64,000 nt of DNA, from NCBI GenBank assembly GCA_040437565.1, contig JBDOQK010000060.1:1-64000 (forward strand), in the 5' to 3' direction. This DNA is from Albugo candida. Lineage: Eukaryota. Position 1 is the stretch's first letter. Every line of letters begins with the position of its first letter. Below the pieces are notes generated by a model that saw nothing but the letters and a program-made list of their open reading frames with translations, had not been told where the DNA came from and did no database searches. The position numbers and the translations under genes are program-made. Shown here one piece after another: positions 49,312-61,788 of this stretch.

Positions 49312-49599
49312 GGGTGCTTGTAGTTTGTCGCTTTTGCAAGTGAGAGTGCAGTCGATTGGCCTGCCGACATATAGGATCGTGACGAAAGATTGTTGTTTTT
49401 TGATCGATGAGAGTGATTGACAGAAACCTGTCACGTCTTCTGAGAAGCGTATCTTTCCGTTACCATCGCTGCTGATGCAATTCCATGCGTTAAAGAGAAA
49501 AGGCTTCAAGTAAAAAGATAATATGACCGAACATCATGCTGTACTAAATCGTACTTATACTGCTACTACGGTACATCTGCATACATAGCTCATGGGATC

Positions 49600-52500
49600 G
49601 ATACCATGCACGCAAAATCGTTTCGTACTTGTGCAAAGCGTCACAGTGCTGCAGCCGGTATTACCGGTCTCCATATTGAAGTTTCCAGACTTCATGCAAC
49701 ATCAACGCGGGCTTCCGCACGATCAATTGATCCAAATCCGAGTCGTATGTTAAATTCAAAAGCTGTTACGAAACATCGCTTTCCATGTCGTCTTCTTGAC
49801 GTTTGTTTCCGCAGAAATTACAGCGTTAACAGCTTCAAAGCCACGCAAAAGGTTTGTCGGAACTTTATACAGCGCTCCAAAACGGTAGATTTCGATTATT
49901 CTGACACAATCGACGACGGATACCTATTCGCCACCACAAACGATCGTAATCCCCTCATTGTACATTCAAAATGCACCAAATTGAAGCGATTGCCTACTGT
50001 GTTCGCAATTTTGCGCTTATCATATATATGCAATCGCCCTTTGGCTGACACATTCGCATTCAATGTGATGAACAGACTCGCCGAATCACGATGCAACAAA
50101 GCAGAACTTCGGCGAAAGCGACGTTTTCGTGTGACAATGCTTCCGCCGTGTATAAAGACCAGCATATGCTNNNNNNNNNNNNNNNNNNNNNNNNNNNNNN
50201 NNNNNNNNNNNNNNNNNNNNNNNNNNNNNNNNNNNNNNNNNNNNNNNNNNNNNNNNNNNNNNNNNNNNNNGACACAATCGACGACGGATACCTATTCGCC
50301 ACCACAAACGATCGTAATCCCCTCATTGTACATTCAAAATGCACCAAATTGAAGCGATTGCCTACTGTGTTCGCAATTTTGCGCTTATCATATATATGCA
50401 ATCGCCCTTTGGCTGACACATTCGCATTCAATGTGATGAACAGACTCGCCGAATCACGATGCAACAAAGCAGAACTTCGGCGAAAGCGACGTTTTCGTGT
50501 GACAATGCTTCCGCCGTGTATAAAGACCAGCATATGCTCTCTCGGCCTGGGATCCCGCCACGAAGCTTACCTTGACCGAGAATTGGCTTGTACTGCTGAA
50601 AAACACTATACCAAATGGAATGGGACGGTAAGAACACAGAGATGCTGGTGATACCCGGTTCTACCACTGGATGGATCAAAAGATCAGAACCCAATAAAAA
50701 CGCATCCTCTTGATCCAACATCTCATCTGAATGGAAGTGGTATGATTATGGACAAATTATCGGAAGCCCCTGAGTCGACAAAATGTAAAGAGTGCGTACA
50801 GCTGTGAAAGCAGACTGTATCGCTCATGTATAGCCGAGCGAATGTGTGACGTATGTGGTTCACCGAAAACCCATGGCTCACAACGATCGGATCATGATGT
50901 GCGTTTCCATGGAAGAACGGCTGGTACCCTGCAGCTTGATACCTTCGTGTGAGAAGCTATGTATCGATATCCTCAAAGAATCCTAAAAATATCAGCACCG
51001 ACAAATGTGAGACCCGCAAAGGCACCGAAAGGTTGGGATCCGGCAAGAAAGACCTGGAAAGAACAAATGGTCTCTCTATATCCTCTTGAATCTCGATATC
51101 ACGACCAGAGTACTCGATCAATGACGGTGATTGTCGTATAAATTGTTCTTCCACAGTCGCTTTCTGCATATGGAAACCATACAAATTGTGATCCTTTATG
51201 CATTGACACTTCTGAAACGAATGGCTCATTTTTATCGTTCCAAGTGTACAGAGAAGAAGTACTTCCGACATATGTGTCTCATATCGGAACAAAGATGCGC
51301 ATCAATACCGAAATTGATGGCTCGTAAAGTCCAAGTACGACGAATCTCCAGGCCAACACCATCCATGAAAATCGTTCCCATGCTTATCCTTGACTTAATA
51401 TTTCAACGATTTCTATTTGGAATGCGCGTAGTCGGCGGGATCGATCCTGATATGGGAATCCACGATCGTGACAACGTTGCGTCCAACAATCGCCAAATTT
51501 TCGTGCATTAAAATCGGACTTAAAAAATGTATTGGATTCCATGTGAAATACCGTTTTCCATCAGTATGCTCGATGTCTAGCCACAAGACATCGTACGGGA
51601 TTTTGCGCTGATCAAAGCTGGATTTTATTTGATCAACGTCACATCCATTTCTATAGCTCAGCGACACTGATGGTACCCGAGTGCAAGAAGAGGCGGCATG
51701 GAATCGGTTCCGGTCAATGGAACATGCTGCGTGGCGGCGGATTGAGGAAGACGTCCAACGAGCAAGAAGACGTCCCAGACAACCGACTTGCTCATCCAAT
51801 CACTCGTCTTCTTGCGTGTATTTGCATCGGATCTCACGTCCACAAACGTTCTGAGGGATTATGCCAAAACGCACCGACGATATGGATCACTTTGATTCCA
51901 TCATTCAATTTCATCATTGTGGATGACACGAAATCGGTCACGTGATCGGGAAGTCCATACAATTGGCGAAGTTGCTGCGAACTGTAAAACGAGATATCGA
52001 CGCCAACGGAAGTAGTGCCGAAAACCGGTCTTACAATATGATCGCCAAAATGCTTCTCCCAGCCGTCTTCGGTTCTATCAGTATCAGTACTGGTATTCAT
52101 CAGTTGGCTTGTTTGGTTCGATCGATATGATTGCGAGCCCGTCTTCTCCGTAAGCGAAGATTTATGTACCGTTATAAATTTCTGTTGAGGTCTTCACCGT
52201 TGCAGATGTCTTGTGAGTTTTTCTCTGGTGCTTGTGGATGCGATGGGTTCTCTGTGTTTTCGGTATCCAAAGCGGAATTGGCTGTGATCGTTCACCGAGA
52301 TTATCATTTCGTTGTCAATGAGCACAACAAGAGGAGTACCAGGCTCTTTACGTGATATAGAGTTACAAAGGATTTGATGGCGGTCAAAAGCTCGCTGGTT
52401 TCTAGAATTCTTTTCGATAGGCGCAAATGATGCAATTGAGTCAGCAAACTGAGTGAAGACTTCCCGTAGTCTTTCGTCTGCGAGATATACAGTAGCTTAC

Positions 52501-52700
52501 GTCCATGAGTTGTTTCGGTCTACGAAGTTCAATCGGATCATAAAAATTTGACACTGTGCAGTGCCATATACATCGTCTCGACTCGACATGCTGCGGAGCC
52601 TTGACGCTGATAAAATTGTGTTGCGGGATGTGTTGGGAATCAACTCAAGAAATGTGCGACCATGACAACTTTACAAAGCTGGTCAACGGATAGAAGATCA
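49600..52700 (-). pseudogene. GH31 neutral alpha-glucosidase (glucosidase II alpha-like) pseudogene
   Basis: LYGLPDH, IPYDVLWLDIEHTDGKRYFTW, HNLYG, RPFVLSRSF and FLLGSDLLIHPV appear in different frames. Boundaries are approximate. Confidence 0.88.
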
Positions 52701-53623
52701 AGAGTGTTTGCAACTGCGTGATGGTCTTGTGATTGTACATCGGGGAACAATTGACATCGATGACAACGAAGGAGTTGCGTCTCCGGTGCATGAATCGACT
52801 TCAGACCACTGCTTACATCTCACAGAATACCTTCTAGCTATGAATAAGGTCTAACAACAACCGATTCAGCTCGTCTCGTGTCAGAGAATTTCAAACGTTT
52901 TGCAGCTGCCAAAGAAAGATGCTGTTATCATCAGTGGCCAAGCAGCTACAAACGTATCGCGAAATGTGACGGGATCAAAGTGGTCTTGGTGTCAATTAAT
53001 GGTCTTCGTTCATCCGCAACTTACTTCAAATCGAAGTTACTTGCCAGCTTCAATCACCCGAACAGCGATACAATTTGGTCGACCTTTATTCCAGCAATCA
53101 ATGCTTGATGGTGACTTTGTAAGGATTCCCATAACTACTGATTCATACGAAAAGACCAGACGTGATTGGCTATAAGTTTTGACCACAAGCAAAGCTTAAC
53201 CTACAATTAAAATAGAAACGTTGTTGCGGTTTGGTGTAGCACATAGAAAAAACTTGCAAGGAAAACACACATTCCATATTCTTGTTGTTTATGTTTTTTG
53301 TCAAGCCGTAAACACAAAAACCATCGATATTGGATATTTGCCCAATGACATCGTTGGACTGGAATCAAACAACTTATACTGTGTGACGTTTTGTGCGCTT
53401 ATTCGCCGGAATGGCTCAGACTCTGACAACATTTCTGATAAATAACTCTATTGAGAAATTCTAGTAAGGAAGTACTTGCGATCGGCGTGCGCATGAGAGA
53501 ATAGTAGCTAACCACGCCCTAGTTTCGTTCCACATTTTCTCAATGGTGGAATTCTTTCGATATAGAATGTCAAACGCTGGATGCGTCCAGTTCTATTTTT
53601 TGGTCACTTTCACTGCTCACTTG

Positions 53624-53637
53624 TCATTCGCATATTC
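53624..53637 (+). promoter_or_regulatory. Oomycete INR+FPR element
   Basis: TCATTCGCATATTC, 16 nt upstream of ATG 53654. Confidence 0.65.
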
Positions 53638-53653
53638 ACCATATTGTGCACAG

Positions 53654-54306
53654 ATGCTACGAACACTAGCCATACTACTCAGCCTTGTTTGTTTACACGC
53701 GCAAACTCACCCCAACAGGAATTTGGTACACACCACCGAGAGATCTGAGACTGACTATGTCAAGGGAGGGAAGAGGTTGAAAGCGCATCATTGATTAATC
53801 GGAATAAGAATTCTTTGCCAGAAATTGATGAATGCCCGGAGACAAGTGCAATGACCGACCAGCTGTACCAAAAATATGTGGCAGAGCTCGACCAAAAATT
53901 AGAAGAACATAATCGTGAGCCTATGGAAATCCGCCACACAGTGGAGCATTATAATACCAAATTAAAAAAGGAAATAGAAGCGTGTGCCAAAGAACATGGG
54001 CCGCACAAGATGAAGCTCTGTACAAAAGCTGGTGAATTCGTCCGTACCCATATGGTAGATATTCTGAAAAAACTACCAAGTTTGTCCACTATGCAAGCAA
54101 ATTCTCCACCTAAAGGTGATTTTTATTTTGCTATCATCGCCACCGTTCTGTTCCATTACACCTTTGATGTACTTTATTTGGAAAATGATTTTTCAAGCGC
54201 ATTTACTCCTTCAAAGGTCTTCCTATGTGCCATCAATGGAATCACATCTACGCTTATGTATCACACGATTACAGAAGTCTTTGGCGAGACATTAGCTCTC
54301 CAGTAG
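53654..54306 (+). pseudogene. Orphan secreted protein (effector candidate), frameshifted near 53790
   Basis: Signal peptide MLRTLAILLSLVCLHA, stop at 53794, and an overlapping 171-codon ORF 53791-54306 in another frame with several Cys. Confidence 0.55.
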
Positions 54307-55735
54307 GCGCTAATGATAACTCGAGAGCAGGAAGCAAGGCTCCAAAGATCGATAACAAGAAGACGAAAAAGCATACACCTGACGGATTTAGTCAGGCCAG
54401 ATAACCTACAAGATAAAATTTACTTTTTGCCCTAAGCTTTCGCTTATTTACAGTCTTTCAGTATTTCTTCAATCAAAACAAACCAAGGTTTAAAAGTTTC
54501 AAATGACGAATTATGATATTTCTACAGCCTATCAGTAGCAAGATTGCTACTGAGAATTCAACTTGGAAGGCAGCATGTACTTGATACTGCTCCAAGCGTG
54601 ATCTGGATTCCCAGCTCCTTAGTGAAAAGCGATTTTTTTTATTTCCTGCAATTCCAGAGCGAGTGCTCACATTGGCTGTAATTCGTGCCGACAGCATTTG
54701 GGTAATATACACTTGTTATTGGGAGCCTTTAGTATTCACTCACCCCCCAAATCATTGGCTAAAATGCATCGATCCAGAATAGACTTTGTGTGGAATTAAC
54801 GTGACCGTAATGGTGTTTTCTAGTGACTTTAGGACACGCGATACCATCTAAAGTCTACCACACGATGATGTTCTGTGATATAATTTGTCGAATTGTCTTA
54901 TTATAGCGCTATTTTAGCCAATCACGTATCCAAGACCCCGATCGAAGACATCATTCACCCGCTGCCACACACGGCGCATTAATCTGCTTGTTGCGATACT
55001 TCTAGCAATGGAAAAGATGATGCTTGCAGAGTACATGTGCCAGCGTCGCTACAACTTCAGATCGAACTGGTCGTAGGCTGTGATGGCTTTGATGGATGAT
55101 GAGTTATGTTCGGTCCATGGAGTTTTGAGGCTCTATATGTAGAGGATAGAATCAATAAAAATTACGGTGTGTGAAGAAAAGTTATTCGCTTGCCAGCATT
55201 ACAGACAGCAATATCAAAATTTGAAGCTAAGAACAAGACNNNNNNNNNNNNNNNNNNNNNNNNNNNNNNNNNNNNNNNNNNNNNNNNNNNNNNNNNNNNN
55301 NNNNNNNNNNNNNNNNNNNNNNNNNNNNNNNNNNNNNNNAAAGCAGTGGTCACAAAGGCACGGAATGAACGCTGTTGCTCGTAGAAAATGTTGCCGATCA
55401 TCGCCATACATACTACAAACGTGTACTGCTTTCAGAATGCTATTCGGTGTCCATGTCCGCGACTGTCACAACAGTCTGGTTCGCCAGCGAGAGCACTTGC
55501 CTTAATTCTGTGCTCTATAGGTATACCAAACGCGCTCTACCTCAATCCTACGAGCTTTTCGATCGATCAACTCCTCCAATAAAGGTCTAAAAGCGGCTCA
55601 TGCGTTATAAGAAGACTGATATATTCGAATAAGATGCACATGAACCGAATGTGAAAAGATTCACAGTCAAATATCATTGGATAATAATCCAATCACGGTA
55701 GAGTCAGTTCATTTCCTTTTTGCGATTTGGAAGAA

Positions 55736-56643
55736 ATGAGCTCTTCGGCCTCACCGAAGACAGCGACAGATAAAGCCCATCCAAACTTTGACGTGATTAG
55801 TATCTCATCCGTCACAAAAATGAGCGTTTCCACGGGTAGTGACCAGTCTTCCAAGCTCCCAGCGTTAAATCCGGAGAGTCTCAATACAGCTGAGAAAGAG
55901 AAGACTTCCAAGACCGTTGATTCAGTACCCACTGATCCGATTACGTTTGCCGAAGTATGGGAAGAGATACGACTTAAGACGAAACAAATGTACGACAGCT
56001 GATGCAATACGATACACAGAAGCACTGATATTTGTTGTTTAGCATTTTGGGCTCAACGGTCTCGGGCGTGCTATCAGTCATGCACATTTTCAATATAGTC
56101 GTTGCTGGATTCATGGTCATTCTTTGCATTTATCAAATTTCAAGTACGGAGAATATATTTGCGGGCATGTCGACAGCGTTGTCAGTTATCTACACCATGT
56201 ACGAGTATCAGCGGTAGGGAAGGCGCACTCGAGGTGTAACTTTTGTGTGACTCGCAGATGCTTCGCTTTGTTACTGGCTGCGTACGAATTGCGAACTGAA
56301 GTGATTGACGAAGCGATACGAGGGCAATTTGGATTTATGTACAACTCATACGGTCGATGTTTGTTTCTTTGCATGTACACGATTGCTTTCCCAACTTGTA
56401 ATCTCACAAGCTGAAACTAATGATATGCCACCTCGTGCAGGATCTCCATATTCCCTTTCGGCATGGTCGGTGTGTATGGCGTTCTGGTGTCGCTACTGGG
56501 GTTTGCGAATGCGTATTTCAACTTTTACGTCATCACAAAAGTACGCATTGGTTCCAACTATCAGTGAGATTCTGACCCATTTCTTGTTCCAGCATCCTTC
56601 GTTTTCTCGTGGAGTTCCAGATTACCAGCCACCAATTGTTTGA
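55736..56643 (+). CDS. COPI-associated (Tvp15-like) membrane protein, 5 exons
   Basis: Four short GT-AG introns (first 55990-56042) splice into one frame: ...KQIILGSTVSG...LLLAAYEL...QFGFMYNSYGRCLF...NAYFNFYVITKHPSF. The FGFMY..GR..F motif is typical of the COPI-associated domain. Confidence 0.85.
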
Positions 56644-57672
56644 CTGCAAGGACGTAGAGCTTGTGTATCAACTCTTTTGTACTATACTTTCCAATACAAT
56701 CGTATCCAGGCATTCTGTGAAGACTTCTCCCGTCATTGCTCCAGATATTTGCTGCCCTCGAATGCGATAATTACACTCGATGCGTCAGAGCAAATCAATG
56801 GCTGATTATCCGTGTGACTATACGCTCCCCAAATCGCCTTGAGCCATTTAAAAAAAAACTGGAAAAAAAGAATCAAATAGCCAACTGCCACTCGAAACCG
56901 TACAAACGTTTCAATAGAAAGTTTCTGGGGATTCCATCGGATCAGATGATAGAGGTCTGATAGACTGCCACATTGTGTGCAAGTAGCTGTCCGATGTGAT
57001 AGCATTTTGCTGCTCGCTACTCACTAAAAGCAGTTTACTATGTTATCTGCTTTTGATGATGCCATCTATTCCCTCGTCAAAGTTGTCTGGAAAGCAGTAT
57101 GGTACGCTCATCCTTTTCCATTTGCCCTTTCTTGCTATCCGGTATCCAGAAGGCAGTTTCTTTGATCGTATTAACACCTCGGAGGAAACATGTGATACCT
57201 CTTTTTATCTGAATTATTATATGGAAATACATAATTGCTCGCTCCTCTGTTGACGCAAGTGGCATACATTGTCTTCCCATTGCCATTCTTCTCGTATAAT
57301 TATCGATAGGAAGACAATTAGCTGTTCCAACATACTTTGAGTCTGTGGACACTCACAATCGATGGGATCATTAAAAAGCGGTAAGTGATCTCATCGAACA
57401 GCGTGTAGCTCCAATTACTTTGTTTTTTCTTCAAGTGTCTTTTATACATCCGATTTTCTGCACATCTTTACAAAACGCATCTGAATATCTCTCCTCTCCT
57501 TAAGACATGTGCCACCCTCACCTCCACACACACCCCTTTAGATCGAAAGTATCAATGGACAGAAGAGCATAAGACAGTATACATGTACCAGAATTCATTT
57601 TGTATTCAAATTTTTCCCTTGTCGATCAAACGTGTTGTTTTCACCAAAGGCCCATAGACATCGATCAGTATA

Positions 57673-58680
57673 ATGAGCTTGATTCCCGTAACCAGTAGCG
57701 TTGAGAATCCTTCAGAAACGACGTCTTCCACGCTTTTGTATCAGTCATTTACGACGACGACGCAATCCGCTGTGGTGCCTTCGCCAAGAAATGGTTTGAG
57801 GAAAAAAAACGATGAGAAGCCACGCGATATTGCCCCGTTCCTCAAAAATCTCCGCAAAATGCTCGATATGGAGTGCCCGACCATTCTCTGCTGGACAAAG
57901 GATGGGAAAGCGTTTGAAATTCGCGATATGGATAAAATGATGGAATTTGTATTGCCAAAGTACTTTAAACATCGCAAGTACACGAGCTTTCAGCGCCAGT
58001 TGAATTACTTTAATTTCAAAAAATGGACAAAATCAAAAGCTGTCATTTGCACCTTTTCCAATGAATTCTTCCTGCGTGACGATATGAATGCGGCATTGCG
58101 AATCTCAAGAAAAAAATCGGCTTCGGTTGAGGGTAATAATGGATCGATTAAGAGGCGTATATCGAAAAGCGGAATTGCGGCGCCTTTAATTCGTCGCTCA
58201 TGCACGCTGGCACGATCAATTTCTCAGACTATTTTCAATGTAGGAGAAGCTGTACGGGAAGCTGACAAATTGGGAATTGCTATTCCCATCAGTGAGGCCC
58301 AAGCGTACGGCTCGTGTGGAGCAGCTTTCTCAACGTCATACCCGTCGCCGACAGATGTCGATTTGATGTTGCAGGATGTGGATCCATCAATTTGTCAGAA
58401 CATGAAATGTGATGGGGAGGGAGGTCCTCAGGAAGGTCTCAATGGATCGGAATTCACACTTGATTGTTTGGACTGGATTGATTTGATTATGCCGACTATA
58501 GAGACGCATGAACATGCGGAACAAGGGATCCAATTCAACCAATCTAAAAAGAAATTGCAGAATACGTGTGCTTTCCAATGCGATGTTCCTGCAAAAGCGG
58601 AGCTTCATGACGACAACTTTCATAGCGATAACGTGCGCGATACATTCGGTTCATTACCGAAAGATATACATAACAATTAG
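57673..58680 (+). CDS. HSF-type DNA-binding transcription factor
   Basis: APFLKNLRKML...ILCWTKDGKAFEI...VLPKYFKHRKYTSFQRQLNYFNFKK. Confidence 0.93.
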   Translation: MSLIPVTSSVENPSETTSSTLLYQSFTTTTQSAVVPSPRNGLRKKNDEKPRDIAPFLKNLRKMLDMECPTILCWTKDGKAFEIRDMDKMMEFVLPKYFKHRKYTSFQRQLNYFNFKKWTKSKAVICTFSNEFFLRDDMNAALRISRKKSASVEGNNGSIKRRISKSGIAAPLIRRSCTLARSISQTIFNVGEAVREADKLGIAIPISEAQAYGSCGAAFSTSYPSPTDVDLMLQDVDPSICQNMKCDGEGGPQEGLNGSEFTLDCLDWIDLIMPTIETHEHAEQGIQFNQSKKKLQNTCAFQCDVPAKAELHDDNFHSDNVRDTFGSLPKDIHNN

Positions 58681-58845
58681 GGAATAAGAATATACAAGTT
58701 ATGCATTGTTCCAGGCTCTGGTNNNNNNNNNNNNNNNNNNNNNNNNNNNNNNNNNNNNNNNNNNNNNNNNNNNNNNNNNNNNNNNNNNNNNNNNNNNNNN
58801 NNNNNNNNNNNNNNNNNNNNNNCTCTGGTCATTTGTCATAACGCA

Positions 58846-59433
58846 ATGTGTGATGAAAGTATCATTAAAGCTGGCGACGCTACGCACTCTTCCGATGAGC
58901 GTATGACATATTGTACGCTGGATAGAGTACATGGCAATACGTATTATGACATGGTATTCTCTCGAGACTGGAATCAGCGGCAGGTTGCGGATAAAATCTC
59001 TTTCTATCTCGACGAACCTAAGCGTGGGCTTATTTTTCGGGTTGTGAACGCGCTGGGAAAGAAGAAAGCCTGGAATTTGCTCGTAGAGACGAAAAGCGAT
59101 TATGAATGGGCGCATGCCACCCCAAGCGGAGTATCAGCATCAGCAATGGACCGACAGCGTGCTGATTCGAGTCAAAAAGACAAATCCAAGCGAACGCTTG
59201 GTGGAGTTTTCCTATCAAAAGTAAAGGACAGTGTCAGCAAAGAAGTATATAAGAAAATATATGAGATTGAAGTGAAGCGTAAGAAGGAGTGGAGACAGAA
59301 AAATCGATTACGAAAGCGTCAGCAAATGGAGGAGAAGATCTCTGGTTTGAAATTTCAGATCAAATGTGCGATAGAACCATCTTTGAGCATTGAAAGCTAT
59401 TCGGCAGTGCCAAACGACTGCTCCATGGAATAG
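58846..59433 (+). CDS. PHAX: PHAX RNA-binding-domain protein (phosphorylated adapter for RNA export)
   Basis: VADKISFYLDEPKRGLIFRVVNALG...KRTLGGVFL matches the PHAX RNA-binding domain. The start is uncertain because it lies next to a gap. Confidence 0.8.
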   Translation: MCDESIIKAGDATHSSDERMTYCTLDRVHGNTYYDMVFSRDWNQRQVADKISFYLDEPKRGLIFRVVNALGKKKAWNLLVETKSDYEWAHATPSGVSASAMDRQRADSSQKDKSKRTLGGVFLSKVKDSVSKEVYKKIYEIEVKRKKEWRQKNRLRKRQQMEEKISGLKFQIKCAIEPSLSIESYSAVPNDCSME

Positions 59434-60049
59434 CTGATGCCGTTGTTCTCGAATGTGATGCATATATAACACACACTCTAAATCAAAGACGGTAGAAGTA
59501 TCAGTTAGCATTAAGCACCTAATGCACACTTGATCCAATCAGCATGTCATGATATCGCAGCAGTACGTATCCATCTCTCACTATTGAGACATATTAGGGA
59601 GCGAGAGACAGCACTGCAGGCACACAAGTTGCACTAACGAACGTCCTGCGACTTGGATTTAGCTTTGTGTGACAATTTCACGTAAAAAGCGTAGCTGAAG
59701 TAAGAATGATTGCGCCATCCTCCAGAAACTTATATCAATGCATAGGTGCAAGTTGAAGATATAATTGAGACGCGTGATTGAACAGAAAGGAAGCATTTGA
59801 TTGCGAGAATTGATAAATGAATAGATGAATGCGTTATGTTGCCTCTCCGGCCACTGGCACAAGTGCATTTGCCATTTCCGATAAAAGTCTTCGAAATGAC
59901 AATGTTGCAGAATGAATGCGTTGTAGGTATGTCGCCTTGTTCCGTATCTTTGAGCGCTAATTGAGCGCGAGAAGCCAAAAAATATTTTAATTGAGAAATG
60001 AAGGTGAATTCTCAGTAACCGCTGAGATAAACACATTTTGTATGCTTTT

Positions 60050-61788
60050 CTATGAACTATCGACAATTGATGCCTTTTCTTGCGCTTGAGCGTCATTTTT
60101 GCTATCGAAAAAATCATTTTCGACGATATATCGTATCACTTGAAGGGCCTTATGACAATCTCGATCCATTTCATTTTGTAGTAGCCGGTGAAGTAACGAT
60201 TTTGGTGTCTTTTGAGTCTTCATATTGTCTTTTTTACATCGTTTGTGTGGACGTTCTATACCTTCCATCTCTTTGTGATCTCTATTTGCTTGTCCCAAGG
60301 CTTCATCGTGGCTAAATAGACATGCGTCTCCATTTCGACACGGACGCTTTAATGCAACCGATCGGCACAGGAAATTGCCTCGATTGTGACTATATCGACA
60401 TGAATCACCAAAACGACACTGATTCTTGCAAAACTTTCGGCATAATTTCGTTTTATTTTGTTTCTCGCAAATATCGCTGCTTTTGACAGTCTCATTGACA
60501 ATCGGACTTGTGACTTGAGCATTATCATGTCCAGTGCTCTCATCCTCAATTTGTCCATCTTCCATCTCTTTTGTATNNNNNNNNNNNNNNNNNNNNNNNN
60601 NNNNNNNNNNNNNNNNNNNNNNNNNNNNNNNNNNNNNNNNNNNNNNNNNNNNNNNNNNNNNNNNNNNNNNNNNNNNCGATTGTGACTATATCGACATGAA
60701 TCACCAAAACGACACTGATTCTTGCAAAACTTTCGGCATAATTTCGTTTTATTTTGTTTCTCGCAAATATCGCTGCTTTTGACAGTCTCATTGACAATCG
60801 GACTTGTGACTTGAGCATTATCATGTCCAGTGCTCTCATCCTCAATTTGTCCATCTTCCATCTCTTTTGTATCATGCACACTCGATCCAGTATTCTTTAC
60901 TTCAAATGGTTTGATCTCGCGTGATGCTTTTGATGGCCATCGTTTACGTCTCTCTGCACGCCAGGCAGCGATGTCCTCTTCCGAGTAGCCCACCAACACA
61001 GTGAATGTTTGTCCCTCGATCTCAATGTCTTTAAGGCCTTCACCACTGTACTGTCCATGCGTTGTCTGATAATGTGCCACAACCACCCGTTTACAAGCCT
61101 CAAATTCACAGTCTGTTGCTTCACACTTGACATGTGTTTTCAGATGAGCCCGAAACTGAGACTCCAAATCAAAGCTTTTCTGACAAGCCAAACATCGAGA
61201 GGGTACATTGGGATGGCCCACGGATGACATGTTACGTTCATTTAAAGTCTGTCGTGGGTACGCATGAGTAGGAAAAGCTCGCATGGAGTTCCGGGATGGA
61301 ATGGTGCAATGTTGTATCCAGTGACCGGGCTGATTGCATTTTCTGCAGCAGTAGGTTGCTGGTGGCGGACGTATTGACAGATTTTGGGCGTGCATGTCGT
61401 AATATGAGTGTTCCGCTGTGTTGGGTCGCTGAGCATACGGAGGAAGCGGAGGATAATATTGATCATTGGGGGGCATTGCGACGGGTGCAAAGTTATTCTG
61501 TATGGGAAGATACGCTTGTTGACGCATAGAGCTGTTACGATTCCATTTAAAGCGATTTTGGTTGTTGTATTGGTTCATAGGAGTTTGTAATTGGTTATTA
61601 TAGTGTGGAGACTGGTAGGAATGGTTTGGATTGGTATACGGAAGCGCTTGGTATTGAGGAATGACTGAGGGCTGATAGTACGTTATTGGCATCCCATTCA
61701 AGTATGCAGACGATGCATTATATTGTTGAGGACTCGTATTCGATCGTATGGCATGATGCAAGGATGCATGGTGCGATGATGATGTCAT
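60050..61788 (-). CDS. NUFIP1: NUFIP1-domain protein with CCHC knuckle, C2H2-like and CCCH zinc fingers
   Basis: CRKCNQPGHWIQHC; CLACQKSF...HLKTH; SEEDIAAWRAERRKRWPS; two CCCH fingers; SLLHRLLQNEM...LQVIRYIVENDFF. Split by a gap with duplicated flanks. Confidence 0.85.

Noticed and set aside
20878-60872. Other gap-flanking duplications near 21044/21145, 25100/25201, 31441/31542, 38397/38498, 50170/50271 and 60576/60677
   Set aside because: Same artefact. It explains the apparent splits or internal repeats in TTLL, GH31 and NUFIP1.
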